Below are positions 43,101 to 56,963 of a stretch of DNA of 64,000 bases, piece by piece. Under the pieces are notes generated by a model. It was not told where the DNA came from. It saw nothing but the letters and a program-made list of their open reading frames with translations, and ran no database searches. Made by a program: the position numbers and the translations under genes. Position 1 is the stretch's first letter, and each line of letters begins with the position of its first letter. This DNA comes from Vermamoeba vermiformis (lineage: Eukaryota): assembly GCA_045837725.1 (NCBI GenBank), contig JBEWZL010000053.1, positions 62,001 to 126,000 of the forward strand. The letters run 5' to 3'.

Positions 43101-43682
43101 TCTAATTTTTGGGTTTAGATCTGGCGTTTTTACCGTGGTGTCTAGCGTTGCCATTACTATATTTGGCTGTTTGGAGCTCATTGGTCAGCTACCGTGGAAA
43201 TTTTGGCTGGTATTATATGATCTACGTGCTCATTTATTGGATCTCAGTGTCAATCGGAGAAATTGGTGGCATTGCTTTAAAAGCAAAACTTACATCAATT
43301 TTCACTGTCGTTGCTATTTTTGTCATGGCTATGTTTGCAGGTATGCATTATCAACTTGACATTTTTTGACACGTGTCATCGCAATTTTTTCACGGATTAG
43401 TCTAACGTTAATTTTTCAGGCGTTCTTCCGTCAAACAGAGAAATCGAAAGCCTAGGAGAAGTTTATTATGGATCTTTTTTCAGATACTCGACTGAAGCAT
43501 TTTACGTGACCGAGATCCAAAAATGGCAATCGATTTACGATGTTGAATCTGGTCTTAAGCTTTATCGCTTCAATATCGATAATTATGAACGAAATATGGT
43601 CATATTAGTTTGTTACGGTCTTGGCCTACGAATTATTGCTTGTGTTTTAATGCTAGTTTTGAATAGAGACAAAAAACGCTAA
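37136..43682 (+). CDS. ABCG half-transporter with large Cys-rich extracellular N-terminus
   Basis: Signal peptide; CP.G.YCP repeats; TM helix; Walker A GPSGAGKT; signature ISGGQRKRV; Walker B LFLDEPTSGLD; IHQP; C-terminal TM domain with YFREASAG and LNRDKKR end. Confidence 0.9.
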
Positions 43683-43906
43683 GCAAGTTTATTAAATGTA
43701 GTAATAAAAATTTAAAAAGAAAATTAGTACTGAATTTTGTTGCAAAGTTTGGATCGGCCTTGGTCGGCGGAGCCTAATTCGAACTCTTAGTACGTATTTG
43801 ATTGTTTGACCTACGCATTTTGAAGGAGAGAGCTTTTTTTTTAGGTGGTAAATCAATAAAGTTTTACTAACGAGCAAACTTAGTTACCGCTTATTTAAGA
43901 AGTATA

Positions 43907-46900
43907 TTAATTATTGACATTAGAGATAGTTTTCAAATAATAAGCCGTCACATGTTGAACTATTTTCAGCACTGTCAATTCGTCATCAATAATTCGACTC
44001 AAACTGGACTTGGTTAGCAGTGGCAAACTGTCATAAATTATTCCAGCATTAATTAACGCTGTTTCTGCTTTCGTGACTTGTTCAGCTGTCAAATTGCACT
44101 TCGTCAAAAATTCTTTCACGTTGGTACCGAAGAATTCTACGAGCATTTGATCTCGCGCTTGATTCATCATTAGCTTAATATCAACATTATTATTATTGTT
44201 ATTAGCTTCAATAGGCGCGATTCGAACTTCTGCAAGTGGTTCTGAAGAAAAAATTAAATTGAAATTCCAAGAAATAAAAATTGATTTGCAATGCTGTACG
44301 TACCGAGTTGCAGTTTGTATGGCGCTGAAGGATTCGTACTAACAATAATATGCGTGGGTAGAAAGTGAACGCTCTTAATGTTGTATTGTGCCAGGGCAGT
44401 GGGTGATCTTGGTAAGAACAACGCTGAGCCCCAATAATAAAATCGTCCTTGGTCATCAATGGCTGCTGACACTGATCTGTTCGCGAATACTCGTACGAAT
44501 TTAACTCCTGGGCACTGATTGGCTGATTCGAGCTCCGTGTCTTCGGTCAAAAATTTCATCGTCTCGGCTTTTGTAACGTCGTTAGTATTTCCTTTTTTGG
44601 AAGGTGACGAGATCTTACCGTGTCCGTATCCGAGCGATCCATTGGAGTTCATTCCTAATCCAGCAATTTTTCCCGATTCAGACACGAACAAATGGTGATT
44701 GGATCCAGCCGCAATGTCGATAATTTTCTCGTTTTTGAACGTCAATTTGATGCCTGTAACACACTTGGGATTTTTCGAGTCTTCATATGTTTCTCCGTAG
44801 TAAAGAGCATAGCCTGTGGTGTGTAATTAACATGATATATTTTCACGGAAAAATCCAATTACCTTTTTCGGTCAGTAAGCACAGGCCATAGGCGGAGGCG
44901 CAGATAGATACCACTCTTTCCTTATTAGGAAGGTCCAAAGGCGTGAAAGTTTTGAGGACTTGATCGGACCAAGGAATTGTGCCACTTAACAGGACTTCGC
45001 CTTTTATGGTCAATGCGGCCATGAAATTTGTTCCACCGCACGCGTCAAATATTTTGACACCTGTCAATGATGCCACAGCTCTTGGGACTGTCAGCGTATC
45101 TTCCGAGCCATGACCATTGGCGTAGTTTTTGCCATAGCCCTATTCTTATTGTTAACTATGCTAGGCTTTTACTGATAGATGCTTACCCAAGTGTACAACT
45201 GACGATTTTTCGTTAAGCCAATGAAGCTAAATATCTCTACGAAACTACAAAAAGAGTGTAAATGACAGGTGTCAAAGTGTCAAAAAGTCAAAAGGTTGTT
45301 GATAGCTTACGTGTAGCCTGATCTGAAGAGTTCAAAGTGGGTTGATTTTATCGAAACAAAGTCTTTGCCCTTCAGCACGGCACTGATGCCTTCATCTGAT
45401 GACCGGAGAAATATTGGAATTTCTCCATCAGCCAATAATAAGCCTCCTCGACCACCGATCGCAGCTCCGTTAATTTCTACAAAAATACTTAGTTTTCCAG
45501 CTAAACTATATAATTAAATGTACCTCGACCCAAGAGCTTATATTCAATGGCAAGCTTGCGAGACGATAATTCGATGCTGAAATTATCAATGGCTGAAGGA
45601 AGGTTAGTCAGCTAGATTAGAAGTACTACAACTACTAGAAGAATATTCTTGTAAAAATGAACTTACGAGGAGTATCAGGAGCAGTAACTAGGAATCCAAA
45701 TAAGCGCAAGTTTGTGGTAAAAGATCCATCTGCAACATCCAAATAGTATTGGCCCGGCTTGGCTAGTTTGGTCGGTGGAATTGACATTTCGCCCGTGACA
45801 CTTGGCACGAGATACGTTTCAACCTCAATGAGCTTTGAGACCTCATGCACGTAGTTGTCATCACTCGGGGACAACAGACGAATTTTGTAAGGTCGTTTTG
45901 CGATGTCAATTCCTTCCCACGAGAACTTCAGAGTGGTGCCAAGTGCCACTTGGTCGGGCACGAACAACCGTGGCACGGGAAATTTCAACTTGAGTAAGTC
46001 ATCGGCCTCCATATTAACGTAGATAGTTACGCCAGTTTGGTTGTCGTTCAATAGGACTTTGTTGAGCCATTGTTGCGTGACCGGATCTGACAACGGTTTG
46101 TCACCGAGTTCAGCGTGCAATAGCTTGAAAGCTAATTGCTGGTTAATGTTCATGCTGCTGGCATTCAAATGTTCCTCCCACACTAATGACATGGCATAGG
46201 GATAGTCGGCCCCGAATAGCCGGCTAAATTAACACAAGTCATTAGTAAGCACTCACTGACACACTTGCAACGAAAATTCATTTGGTGACACATGTCACTT
46301 TTGCAAGTCAAACTTACGATCTCGCGTCAGAGTCTCCAGGGAACTCGAGAGTTTTCCACGTGTTAAAATAAGCGGCAGCAAGGTCCTTCAAATCAACGAC
46401 AGTCTTGCTATTGTCTTTCAGGTACTTTATGCAATTATTCAAGAAGAATAAGAGCATCGGGTGATGCGTTTGGTTGACGATAAGTGCGTGGAACATCAGT
46501 CCACCAGCTCCTTTTGCCGCCGGCGAGAACAACCTAGTATCGAGATCAGGCTATCTTTAAAGTATTAACTGGGCGTGAAATTTACCTGTCAATGAGTCCC
46601 AGGCCAATCAGGTGATAGTCCAGGGCCTTCTGAGTGTTTCCGAGCTTTTCTTCGACCATGCCAAATGACAGCATGAGCGACAAAAAGGCCTCAACAGGCA
46701 CCTCTCGAATGATGTACAATAGCTCATTAGCAAGAACTAAATGAGATTTTGCTTCTTCCAATCGGTTTTCATTGACATAGAAGCTTGCCAGCTCGGTCAC
46801 GCTCAACGCACATTCAACGTGATTGTTGCCGTAGAAATTTTTCACGACTTTCTGCTTCTCTTTTTTGGATTGAAGAAGGTATTCAACTGTGTTTTGTTGT

Positions 46901-49900
46901 GGAATATCATTCAGCAAGAATTTGACGTGTTGATCGATCAATTGATTGAATTCTTTTGGTGATCCAAATTTCAATCCTTTCAACGAGCTGTCAATTGATA
47001 AAATGTCATCGACTTTGAATGGTTCTTTTGCTTCCAAGAATTTTTTGTCGTAGATGATTTGTTTGTGAATTTCTTCGCTGAGTTTAACTCCGATGTGTTT
47101 CAACAACCCAAACAGCAACGGCACATTGCTAATAAAAACCCTATATATTCGTTAGTTTAGAAGTATCTAGGATGATTGCTGCTTACCTTAAAGGGATTTT
47201 TGAGCTTTTGATTGATTTTCGAAGTCAGATATTGACCGAATTTCATCTCCATGAGAAGATAAATCAACTTGTTCCAAAATAATTCCGAGTGCGGAGAATT
47301 TCCTAGCGCAATGTTAAGATACTTCACAATGATCTTCTGACAATGACCGTCTTCGCGAGTTTTCATCATTCTTAACTTGCGCTTCATGAAATTTTTGAGC
47401 GTGCGTGCCACCATCTCTGTCATAATCACGCTACGAACGGTTAGTTCAGTGAACGCTATTTCCTTTTATGGTATGCTTACCCCGCCAGTCTCGAGTCATC
47501 TGCACAATAGTTTAATAACAGGCCTAAATAGCGCACATTGACACCGTGTTGATGCATCGCGTCAACGAGACCACTGCCGGACGATACGACCAGTTCGCCT
47601 TTCAGCAATTTATCGGAAAACCTGAATCAAAAGTGTCAATAAGCATTACTTAAGTCGGAGACCTTTAAACTTACGTTCGAATCACGTTGTCGCGAAGGTA
47701 TCTCGTGGCTTCAATGATCTCAGCGTTGTTTTCTTTGGCATCGTGTTTACCAAATCCTGAAAACTGTGGCACATGACTAAGCGACTGTATGTATATTAAA
47801 ATAATGCACGTTACTTACAGCATCGGAGCTCAGTGGTTTTGAATACTTCTTGACGAACTCAGGTCGAAGCTGGTTATACAAGAAACGGCCTTGAAATCTG
47901 CAAATAATTTGAGTTTTTGTGTGTAAAACGTTGTAGTCGCGTACCCGTAGATGAACACGGCTTTGCCTTTAATAGGAAATCCGGCTATGATTGAAGCAAA
48001 TTCGTTCATCGGTTCGTTTTCCAATTCTTTTTGATCCTGAAACAAATTCAATGAGCGAACACTATTCAACTGCCTTACTACGATAATAGGGTCAAAAATC
48101 CTACACCAAAGTACACGACACCCTCACTGAGGACTGACGAAGCCTTTTCGAGCGATTGACCTGTCAAACTTCGTCAGATCCGTCATTTCTTAAACGCTTA
48201 TAAGTAGTGTACCTAGCATTACTGAAAGTTTTGAAATTTCAAGATCGAATTTCTCGATGTTGTCGCCCTTCGCTGGCAGTAGCATTGCAGGCAGGAAACT
48301 GACTGGGTGCTCAGGAGGCCATACGCGTGCAGTGTCCAATACCTGCAAGAGTTGTTAATTATTGAATACTTTGTGGTTATATTAAGATAACTTACGTAAT
48401 AATTGTTATCGTGAGCCGCGTGCACTTCGATGTCTACAAGAATTGTCAGATCTAACCAAATGTTTTTATTGTGCCTTACCTATCGGTGAGTGAATGGTAA
48501 CGAGATTATCAGTGACGCGATGAGGCTTAATATTGAGATGTTTGGCAGCGTCTTCCATCGCTTTGTTGACAAGTGGGTTTGACATCATGACAGTTTTGCC
48601 TCCATCCGCTGACAGCAATTTAAAGTTAGCAAGACCTGCAATTTATTTCATGTTTAATACCTGAGCCATATATTAAAGTGTCCTTATCGATGGGCAGTAC
48701 CGTTGTCGCAGCTAGTCTGTAACCCCTGTCAAAGTGTCAGATCTGCGTCCCCGAAGAAAATTATACATACTTGTAGTCCAATAAGCACATTAATGGAATG
48801 CGTAAGCCATGAACGACTTTTTGAGCGTCCAAATAAGCGTCTAATCCGAGCAATTCCATATTGGCTAATGGTGATAATTTTAGTTCCCAAAGGCACGTGA
48901 TTTCTTCGAAGAATGGTACCTGCTTTCATTGCAAACTCGGTACCGCCATACAGGTGATATATATCAAGTGCGAATTTGAAAAAGATATTATTGACCAAGT
49001 ACTTTTCGCCACCTGCAGAAAGTTACGATTAAATGCCGAAAAATAAAGCGTTACCTCTATTTTGTCCAAATACCTGCAATTCCACCGACGTTAACAGGAG
49101 GATAGGTCTTATTGATGGTAGACTTTCCGACTTCGTTAATAATGACTTTGCCTATTCTTGACACTTCGCTGGTGAATTCCTGCACAAAAATTTGGATCTG
49201 CTTGGCACGATCCAATCGCTCCAAAGTTGATTGCGTGGGTAACGATATTAAGGTTTGAAATTCAACGTTCCAATCGCGACTATTTTGGTGGATAAGCGGC
49301 GCAGAGACTGCTCTTGACGGAATCTTGTCAGATCTGAAACGTTTCATTAATAAACAAATTAAAATCTGACACCAATATTACTTACTGCTCTTTATCTTGA
49401 TATAAATCGCCATATGAATCATGGCTAGCCTCATCGTTGGTGATGTAGATACTGCTTGAAGATTCCTGACGTTGTAATTCGGGTGGATCCTCTTTGTTAT
49501 TGTGTTCGATTGGGTCATAATTATCATTGACATATCTATTAATTTGCGGAGATGAAGAATTGGAATTTGCAAGCTGCTCAAAGGTTTTAATTCGATCTGC
49601 TATTTTTGGCCGAGATTGCGTTTTGACTGGCGCATCTTTTTCACCATAAGAATTATAACCGTAATGTGACTCATATTTTTGTTGATTATTGGAATATTCT
49701 TCAATCGCTTGGCTGCTGCCGGTTGGATCTTCTTCATTATTGTCGCTTGACTGAGCGTACGCGCCTTTGAATAAAAATGCGGGCTCTGTTTCTTCTTTGT
49801 ATTCATCTATACTATATTTGTACGAGTTTGATTCGTCCTTAGCATTCGGGGTAGCCTCGGAATCCTCATCCAAAAATATTTCAAAAACAGGATCCGATGA

Positions 49901-49909
49901 CCGCTCCAT
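43907..49909 (-). CDS. Clu-domain protein with TPR-like, RCC1-like and C-terminal SAM-like regions (paralog 1)
   Basis: RDWNVEFQ, VGGIAG, IFFKFALD...AMKAA, LIYGSADGG, DIEVH, VLDTARVWPPE, HGVNVRYLG, TEMVARTLK; RCC1-like IAAGSNHHLF, GMNSNGSLG. Confidence 0.8.
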
Positions 49910-50169
49910 CTTTTATCTATGTTGTTCGTATCTTCATAACTATAATTATTAAGATATTCAAACATAAATTTTTGAAGTTGTGCACGAAAAATCAAGGGCA
50001 GAAAAACCGCACACTAACGGAAGAGATTATTGCGGGTTGTAAGCGCAGTCAACGCAAAGAGAATGGATCCGAAGAAATACGAACGTTCGGGAACAACGGA
50101 TCCGTTTTTGATCGTGATGCGCGCAGTAGCAAACGAAGTTTAAACTACGAGCAACAAGAGTAGTTTAAT

Positions 50170-53100
50170 ATGGAGTCATTTTATTTAGAAGAGAAGTGCA
50201 CAGCTTGCGGCACAGCCTCGAATTGTTTTTTCAGATGCGTTCAATGTCCAGTGCAATACGGTAATTTTATGATTTATAAAAAATGTTAAATATACACATT
50301 ATAATAATTAGCATCTGAATTTATTAATAAAATAATTTTTAGGGCAACAGATGGTGCTCTGCAAGAGTTGCGAGCAAAAAGTCGCGCTTTACCATTTTTG
50401 GGACCACACATTTGCAAGCGTAAAACGATGGCCGCTAAAAACAGAGGCGCTCGATAAAATATTTGCAAATCCAGATCTCCAACGTGCGTATTTTAAAAAT
50501 GATTTTGTGATCCGTTTTTGTTTTTAATTAAAATATGCCTTAGAATTTAAGACAATAACAACGGCCGATCATGGCATAAGATGCACTTCATGCTGTCGAG
50601 ATATAGAAGGCGTTAGATACCGATTAGCAAATCCTAAAGAAGACGTCATCGATTATTGTTCATTATGCTTCAAATTGTTACGAAAGATTCAAAGCGATGG
50701 TGTATGGCTCAAAATACGATCTATATTCGAAGTGGAACAAAGCGCAGCCGAAGAAGAACAAATTCTGGTACGAGATCTGAGATCTGCTGCAGTTGCCCGA
50801 ATCTTATTAATTAACCTTTGTATAGCCAAGTCCACGAAGGCCTCAAGAGAGGGCGAGCAAAGGATACCAATCGGAGGTCTCTTCCGTCGAAACAAGCGAT
50901 GACGAATCATTCGGAGAATTTAAAACTGTGCAAACGTCTCAAAATGTCAAGCAAGAGCGGAGAAAATCTTACTATTTGCCGGACAATAGCTATAAGAACC
51001 CTAATCATGGTTTCTATGCTCCTGATACTACGTATGGAAGTCCTGTGACAGCATCATTGCCCGTGCCTCCAGTTACATTGCCACCGAAATCTCCGCCAGC
51101 AGTCAGACGAACAAAGACAGCTGGAGTCTCACCGTACATTAAGGCAGTGATGCATACAGCGATGGAAAAGACGATGATATCGAGTTTAGACGAGCACTCT
51201 TATCGTGGCAGTGACGACGGTTTGTCAGGCCTTGAGCATCCTCAACAATTTTCAAGCTTGAATGACAGCGAAAAAGTTGGCTTGCAAATGACACAGTCAA
51301 TTTACAGGCCGTTCAATGCCGAAGAATCAGACGAAGAACCGGAAAAGTCCGTGAGCGATGATTCCTCGTCAGATGGATCATTCGAGTCTATTGAAACGGT
51401 TCAGTCACGACCTGAGTCTATTTACGATACAGCAAATATGGGTGCGGAAGATTGGAACATGAAATTTCAAGTGATTTTGGACATGCCGCAAGATACCACC
51501 GAAGAAAAATTAGAGCGTGCACGACAATTATACAAGTTGACGCAGTCTTTCATTGCTACAGCTACGAGAATTGCAAGTACTATCATTAAAGAGATTGGCT
51601 TGTTACCTCCAATGAAGACGATTAAACCAAAGGCATTTGGTGGTTTGGCTGGTGGTGAAAAAGTACTAAGGAATCACGGAATACCTGTTCTAAACCGTTC
51701 TAACATTGAAATTTAGTTCGCCGAAGAAGGTATTTTCTTCAAGCTAGTACGCGATGCTTATGGAATTTACGGTGACGATCAATTTGCATTCAAAACCGCT
51801 GCTCATGAGGTACTTCTTGCGACCATTTTTTTGTTAAAATATTAACGATAATATTCAGCTCAACGGCTTGAAAGCATACTATCGAACGGGTATTAAGGAG
51901 TTGCATTATCCGTTCATGTTAGTAATCGATCAGCGCGGTTTTCGAATCATCGCAACTACCAGACTTCCGATCAACAAGGAGACCCTGAAATATGGCAGTG
52001 GTGATGGCGGTCAAACTATTCATAAGGACGACAAGAGGTTGAATCGACTTATGAAACGTGCCGCTAAAATCATCAATATCAAAGGTCACGTGGTACGTGT
52101 CAACTATGGTACTCAAAGCAATCACTAAATTTTCGTAGGTTGGAATGTCAGATCACAAGAAGAAAATTTATGGACCCGTTGACATTGAAGCACACAAGGG
52201 ACAAGATGGACGTTATTACATCATTGATACTGCTCGAGTTTTCCCGCCAGAACCACCACAAACGAATCGCGTTGGCCTGTTCATTCCATCGCACGAACGA
52301 GACCCTAAAGAGATGTGGGAGCCTTTACCACCGATGTATCATATGCCTGCATTCACAGCGCAACATTACATGGAGTCAATTGAAAAACAACTGCGATCGG
52401 AAGACGAGGCAACTGATGAAGCAGAAGTTGAACGAGTTGAATTTGTTGATGGCACGCTGTATTACTTGAAGTATAAGAACAGAAAGGCGCCTATCAATAT
52501 TCGCGCATCAACGTTGATTGGAAGGATTATCGAAGGTCACGCTATTTTGGTGTTCAAGATTGGCCGATCAGTTTTCTTATACAACCTATTAAGGTAAATA
52601 ACAACAACTTTTTTCGCTCTACAGTGGAAAACTAACGCAAATCCATCTAGATTTTCCTACGTAAAGAAGCTCGAAAAACCCTTGTCAAGCGATGCCTTAA
52701 CACCTTTTGGCAAGCACAATGCCGATGTAAATCGTGCTGAAGTTGAAGATGCATACTACCAATTGATCGGCACTGATATTCCTGCTTTTGTGGAATCGTT
52801 GCAAGAATCGTCAGAATGTTTTATTCGAGGAGAATTGATTCGCAGCATTCACGACTTTGGAATCAATATGAGATACATCGGTCTCGTGCGATCACTTATC
52901 AAGAAGCGAGACTATTATCAAATCACATTTGCTCAGTGAAATGATTACACGCGTCACCAAGAACTATGTCAGATCAAGACTGCGTGCTGCTTCAACGAGC
53001 CACAAGAGCGCTATTCACATCGTGTTGCACCACTTCAATTTGTTGCTCGGATCAAGCCAGGCTTCAACTTTCTTCTGGCACTTCTTCATTAAGGCGCAAA

Positions 53101-56100
53101 TCGAAGCAAAGTTTGGTCGTTACGGAGAAGCATTGAACACTGATGAGCTCAAAACTGAATGCGATCCACGTGACAGTATCAATAAGCTTGTGTTTGTTCC
53201 AGTTGTTGCAACGACAGCTTGGAGTAGAATTCACTGAAGAAGCTCAAGTAAGACCTTTATCATTACCGATAATGCTGGTTCTAACAATATTTTGCAGATG
53301 AGAATCTTCAGAAACCCTAACATTTTAAAGACCAAGCACCCGTTCGTAAAGACAGATATCGCGTCATTGACAGTTAGCTTCAAGCACTTATTTGCCCCTG
53401 AACTCCGGCAACAAATTGTTAACTACGTTTCAGTTCAGTGCGGCGAAGACTACGACAAGTCACGCAAAATGTTGACAGATATCTTTGGTGAAGGTAGTAT
53501 TGAAGTTGCAAATGTGTTCATCTCTGAAGCGTACGCACTTCACTTGCAAGGCAAATACGAGAATGTTAGAGCTCTTGTTAACAAGGTACTTGTTCTTGAT
53601 GTGTTTTATTTGTATCTAACTTATCGTAGGCCTTTGGAATCTTCTCGGATAAACCATGCACGTGCCCGTTAGAAATTACAATTAAAGGATTCTACTTGCG
53701 TGCTTGTGCTGCTCAACACTTCAATGAAGATAAAGAAATCATTGAAGCGAATTTGCGTGCAGCTTATGACGGCTTGGTCTTGCTGACTGGTTCAACGTAA
53801 GTCCATCTCAGTGCATTTCGAGATAAATTTAACTAATCTCCGAGCAAAGTTACGAGAAAGACGATGGTGTCTACGCGTATGAAATGGACCGTCCTTTTGC
53901 TCTGCTGATTCTGAACAAATTGGCCATTCTATTGAACGAGCAGAAGAGAATATTTGAGAGCTGGGCTATTTCACTGAAGTTCATTTTCGTTTGGAACAAC
54001 TTCTCGTTCCCGGGAACTGTTCTCGATTGCAAAGAAACATTCGACAATGAAATTCCGTTGCCGTTCATCTACATTTATGAACGAAGTAGGATTCTTGGAG
54101 ATTCAGCGAATGTTGTGCAAGCCTTTGATATCGACAAGTTAATCAATAACTTGATCAACGCGGTGCCTCAAGACTCAGACAAAATATTTGCTTGGAAAAA
54201 TCACGGTAAGAGCTGACATTCGTACAGCTGCATGTTAAACGTACTTAACGATTGTTCTTTAGTGCATATGGTTGGTTTGTCATCGATCAGTGGTTTCTGC
54301 TTGCCACCTAGAGTGCTCGAAGAATACATTGAACAAAAGCAATATCAATCGGAGATTTACACGGTGCTCGGAGATCAACTTACCGAACGATTTAACTTCC
54401 CAACAATTCAAGGCCCATCTTTATTGTGCGAACAGCCTTCGTTAAATTTGTCGGTCAGATTGTTGATCAGCCCTTCGACACTCGAATTGTCATCTGATAG
54501 TGAATTGTATCTTGCAGTTCTGCGGCAAGATCAACTTGTAAGTCAAAAATAAGGTTTTAACGAACTAACATTTCACTTTTAGCCGAAGCAATCAACAGTG
54601 GTACCGTTCCAAGCCATCGTGGCCAAGCAAAGAATAGCTCAATTAAATCACGCTCCATTGGTCACCTTCAAGGACCTGTCATTGCATCCTGGCGCGTACT
54701 CGTACAATTTGATCACAACGACAACGAACAAGAACTTGCTCGCGTTCAGCATTGTACCTGATGTTTGGGGTCCTACCCTTCATATCATTAGATCAAGTAA
54801 GTTGTTGCCTTAACTTTCCAAGAAATGTTCTGACGGTCAATAATAGATAATGGTTTGAATGTTTGCACGATGGATCTGGATCTCGACAGATTGAACGATG
54901 ATATCAACTGCACGGATGAAAAAGTCACGTGTTTGGACATGTGGGACAATATCCTGGTTGCTACAAAGACGGGCGTTGTCTTTGAAAAAGTCTCACCTAA
55001 AGACGCTGCGAAATTGAGCGAGCGTGAAAAATTGACCGAGAAATATGGCTGGCGAAGATTGAAGTCGTTTGGTAGTTGGAAAGTTGTGCAAGTATGCTGC
55101 TCTGACAACCATCAAATCTTATTGACGAGCACTAAAGAAGTATTTTCATGGGTACGTAACTTTACGTCAACAAAAATTCTCAGAATTTTAATTCAATCTC
55201 TCATTAGGGTTGTGGCGATTACGGCCAATTAGGCCACGGTGATGCAGTTAGTCGAGAATCACCAAGATTGATTGAAAGATTAAAACGAGCCAAGATCAAG
55301 TTTGTTAGTTGCGGTCACAATCGATCATTCGCCATTGATGAAGAAAACAGACTTTATCAGTGGGGCATTGACTTCAAATTCTTGCCAGAACTTCATCCTT
55401 TCTTCAACAAGAACAATATTGGCATCGTGGAAGTTTGTTCGACGCCTGCCCTGCCACCACCAGAACAACTCGCACATTTGCCTGAAGTCTGGAAACAATG
55501 CATTTGTGTTTATATTTCCGACACGGGCGAAGCCTATTGGTACGCAGGGTAAGTTCAATTTTCACGTAATTTTTATGAGATTTTTCTGACCAATATTTTT
55601 TCGCGTAGAAAATCCAAATCCGCGACAGGCAACTTAGAAGTTATGGAGCCTCAAGATGAGTTCATTATCAAAGTCAGCATTGGTTATAGTCACGTAGTGT
55701 TCTTGAATAATCTGGGAGAAGTCTACGCGAGGTACCACAAACTCTCAAAAAATATGACTTGCGTGGGCTAATCGTAAATTTTCTATAGTGGTGAGTGCGA
55801 TAAAGGCCAGTTGGCTCTTACAGCGGCAGAGTTGTACAAATACACCGACAATCCATCAGATCTATCGGAATACTCCGACACTCTGTCGCCTCCAAAAATC
55901 GCTGTCAAGGTACCAATGCCGGGCAATAAAAAGGCCGTCAAAGTTATGGCTTCAGGATTCAGATCTTATGCACTGTTAGAAGACGGCACTCTTGTCAAAT
56001 GGGGACAGTAAGGATTCTATTACCATATATAGAAACAGATACTAATCTCCTCCAAAAGTGATGTCGTGCGACCTCGACCAGTTGTTGAATTCCAAAATTT

Positions 56101-56893
56101 CTCCGTGGCTGACTTCAGTATTGGTCCTCATGGTCTTATTGCAACTATTGGTGAACCTGTAAGTGATAATAAGCTATTAATAAGACTGTCAAGGTTAACG
56201 CGAAAAAATAGGAAAAAATATCGCAACATGACAAAGAGAAGAAAAAGATCAAAAAGATGAGCTTCTTGAAGCAAGAGTCCAAACCAGCCTTGTCGCCACA
56301 AGAAATCAAAATTCACAGCATTTCATTGACACCTGTGCCCGTGTACAGCTCGTGGGGAGATTTCCTTCAAACTTGCGGATTTGACATGAAAACTTTGTCC
56401 GAGTATTTGCAGAAGTTCAACAAGGTCAAGTTTGACACGAATAGAATCAAAGTGATTGACAGCAATATTTTGGATAAGATTGGCGTTGTTGACATCAATC
56501 ACCAACTTGACAATTTTAGAAAAAATCGAGCACATTAAACAACTCGAAACAACGCACGTGCTCGAAACAAAGTTGAATAAGTTAATTTCAGCGTTGAATG
56601 ACGAAGCTAAACGAAGACACGAAGGAAGTTTGTTGTCGAGTAGCGGCGGATCTACTGGATCTTTGCCATCGAGTTTAAATATGTTGCAGCCATCAAGTTC
56701 TAGCACTGATTTGACGAGTGGACTGAAATCTCCGTTGAATAGAAGCAATAAGGATAATAACACGACCAGTAGCAACAGTAACTTGAGCACGCCACCGCAG
56801 AATAATAGCAACAACAATGGTGGCGGTCATAGTAGTCGTGGTCACTCACGTAATTCGAGCACTGGTGGCATGACCTTGAATATGATTGTATAA
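50170..56893 (+). CDS. ZZ-like zinc fingers + Clu domain + RCC1-like + SAM-like protein (paralog 2; three +1 frameshifts)
   Basis: CTAC...FRCVQC...LCKSCE and HGIRCTSC..GVRYR; DWNMKFQ, FGGLAGGEK, LKYGSGDGG, DIEAH.G.DGRYYIIDTARVFPPE, GINMRYIG; RCC1 GCGDYGQLGHG; SAM-like LDKIGVVDINHQ. Confidence 0.8.
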
Positions 56894-56963
56894 TACTAAA
56901 GACTATTTATTTTTAAATAATCTTTCTGCCCTTTATTTACAACTTCGCAATAAGTTCACCTTT

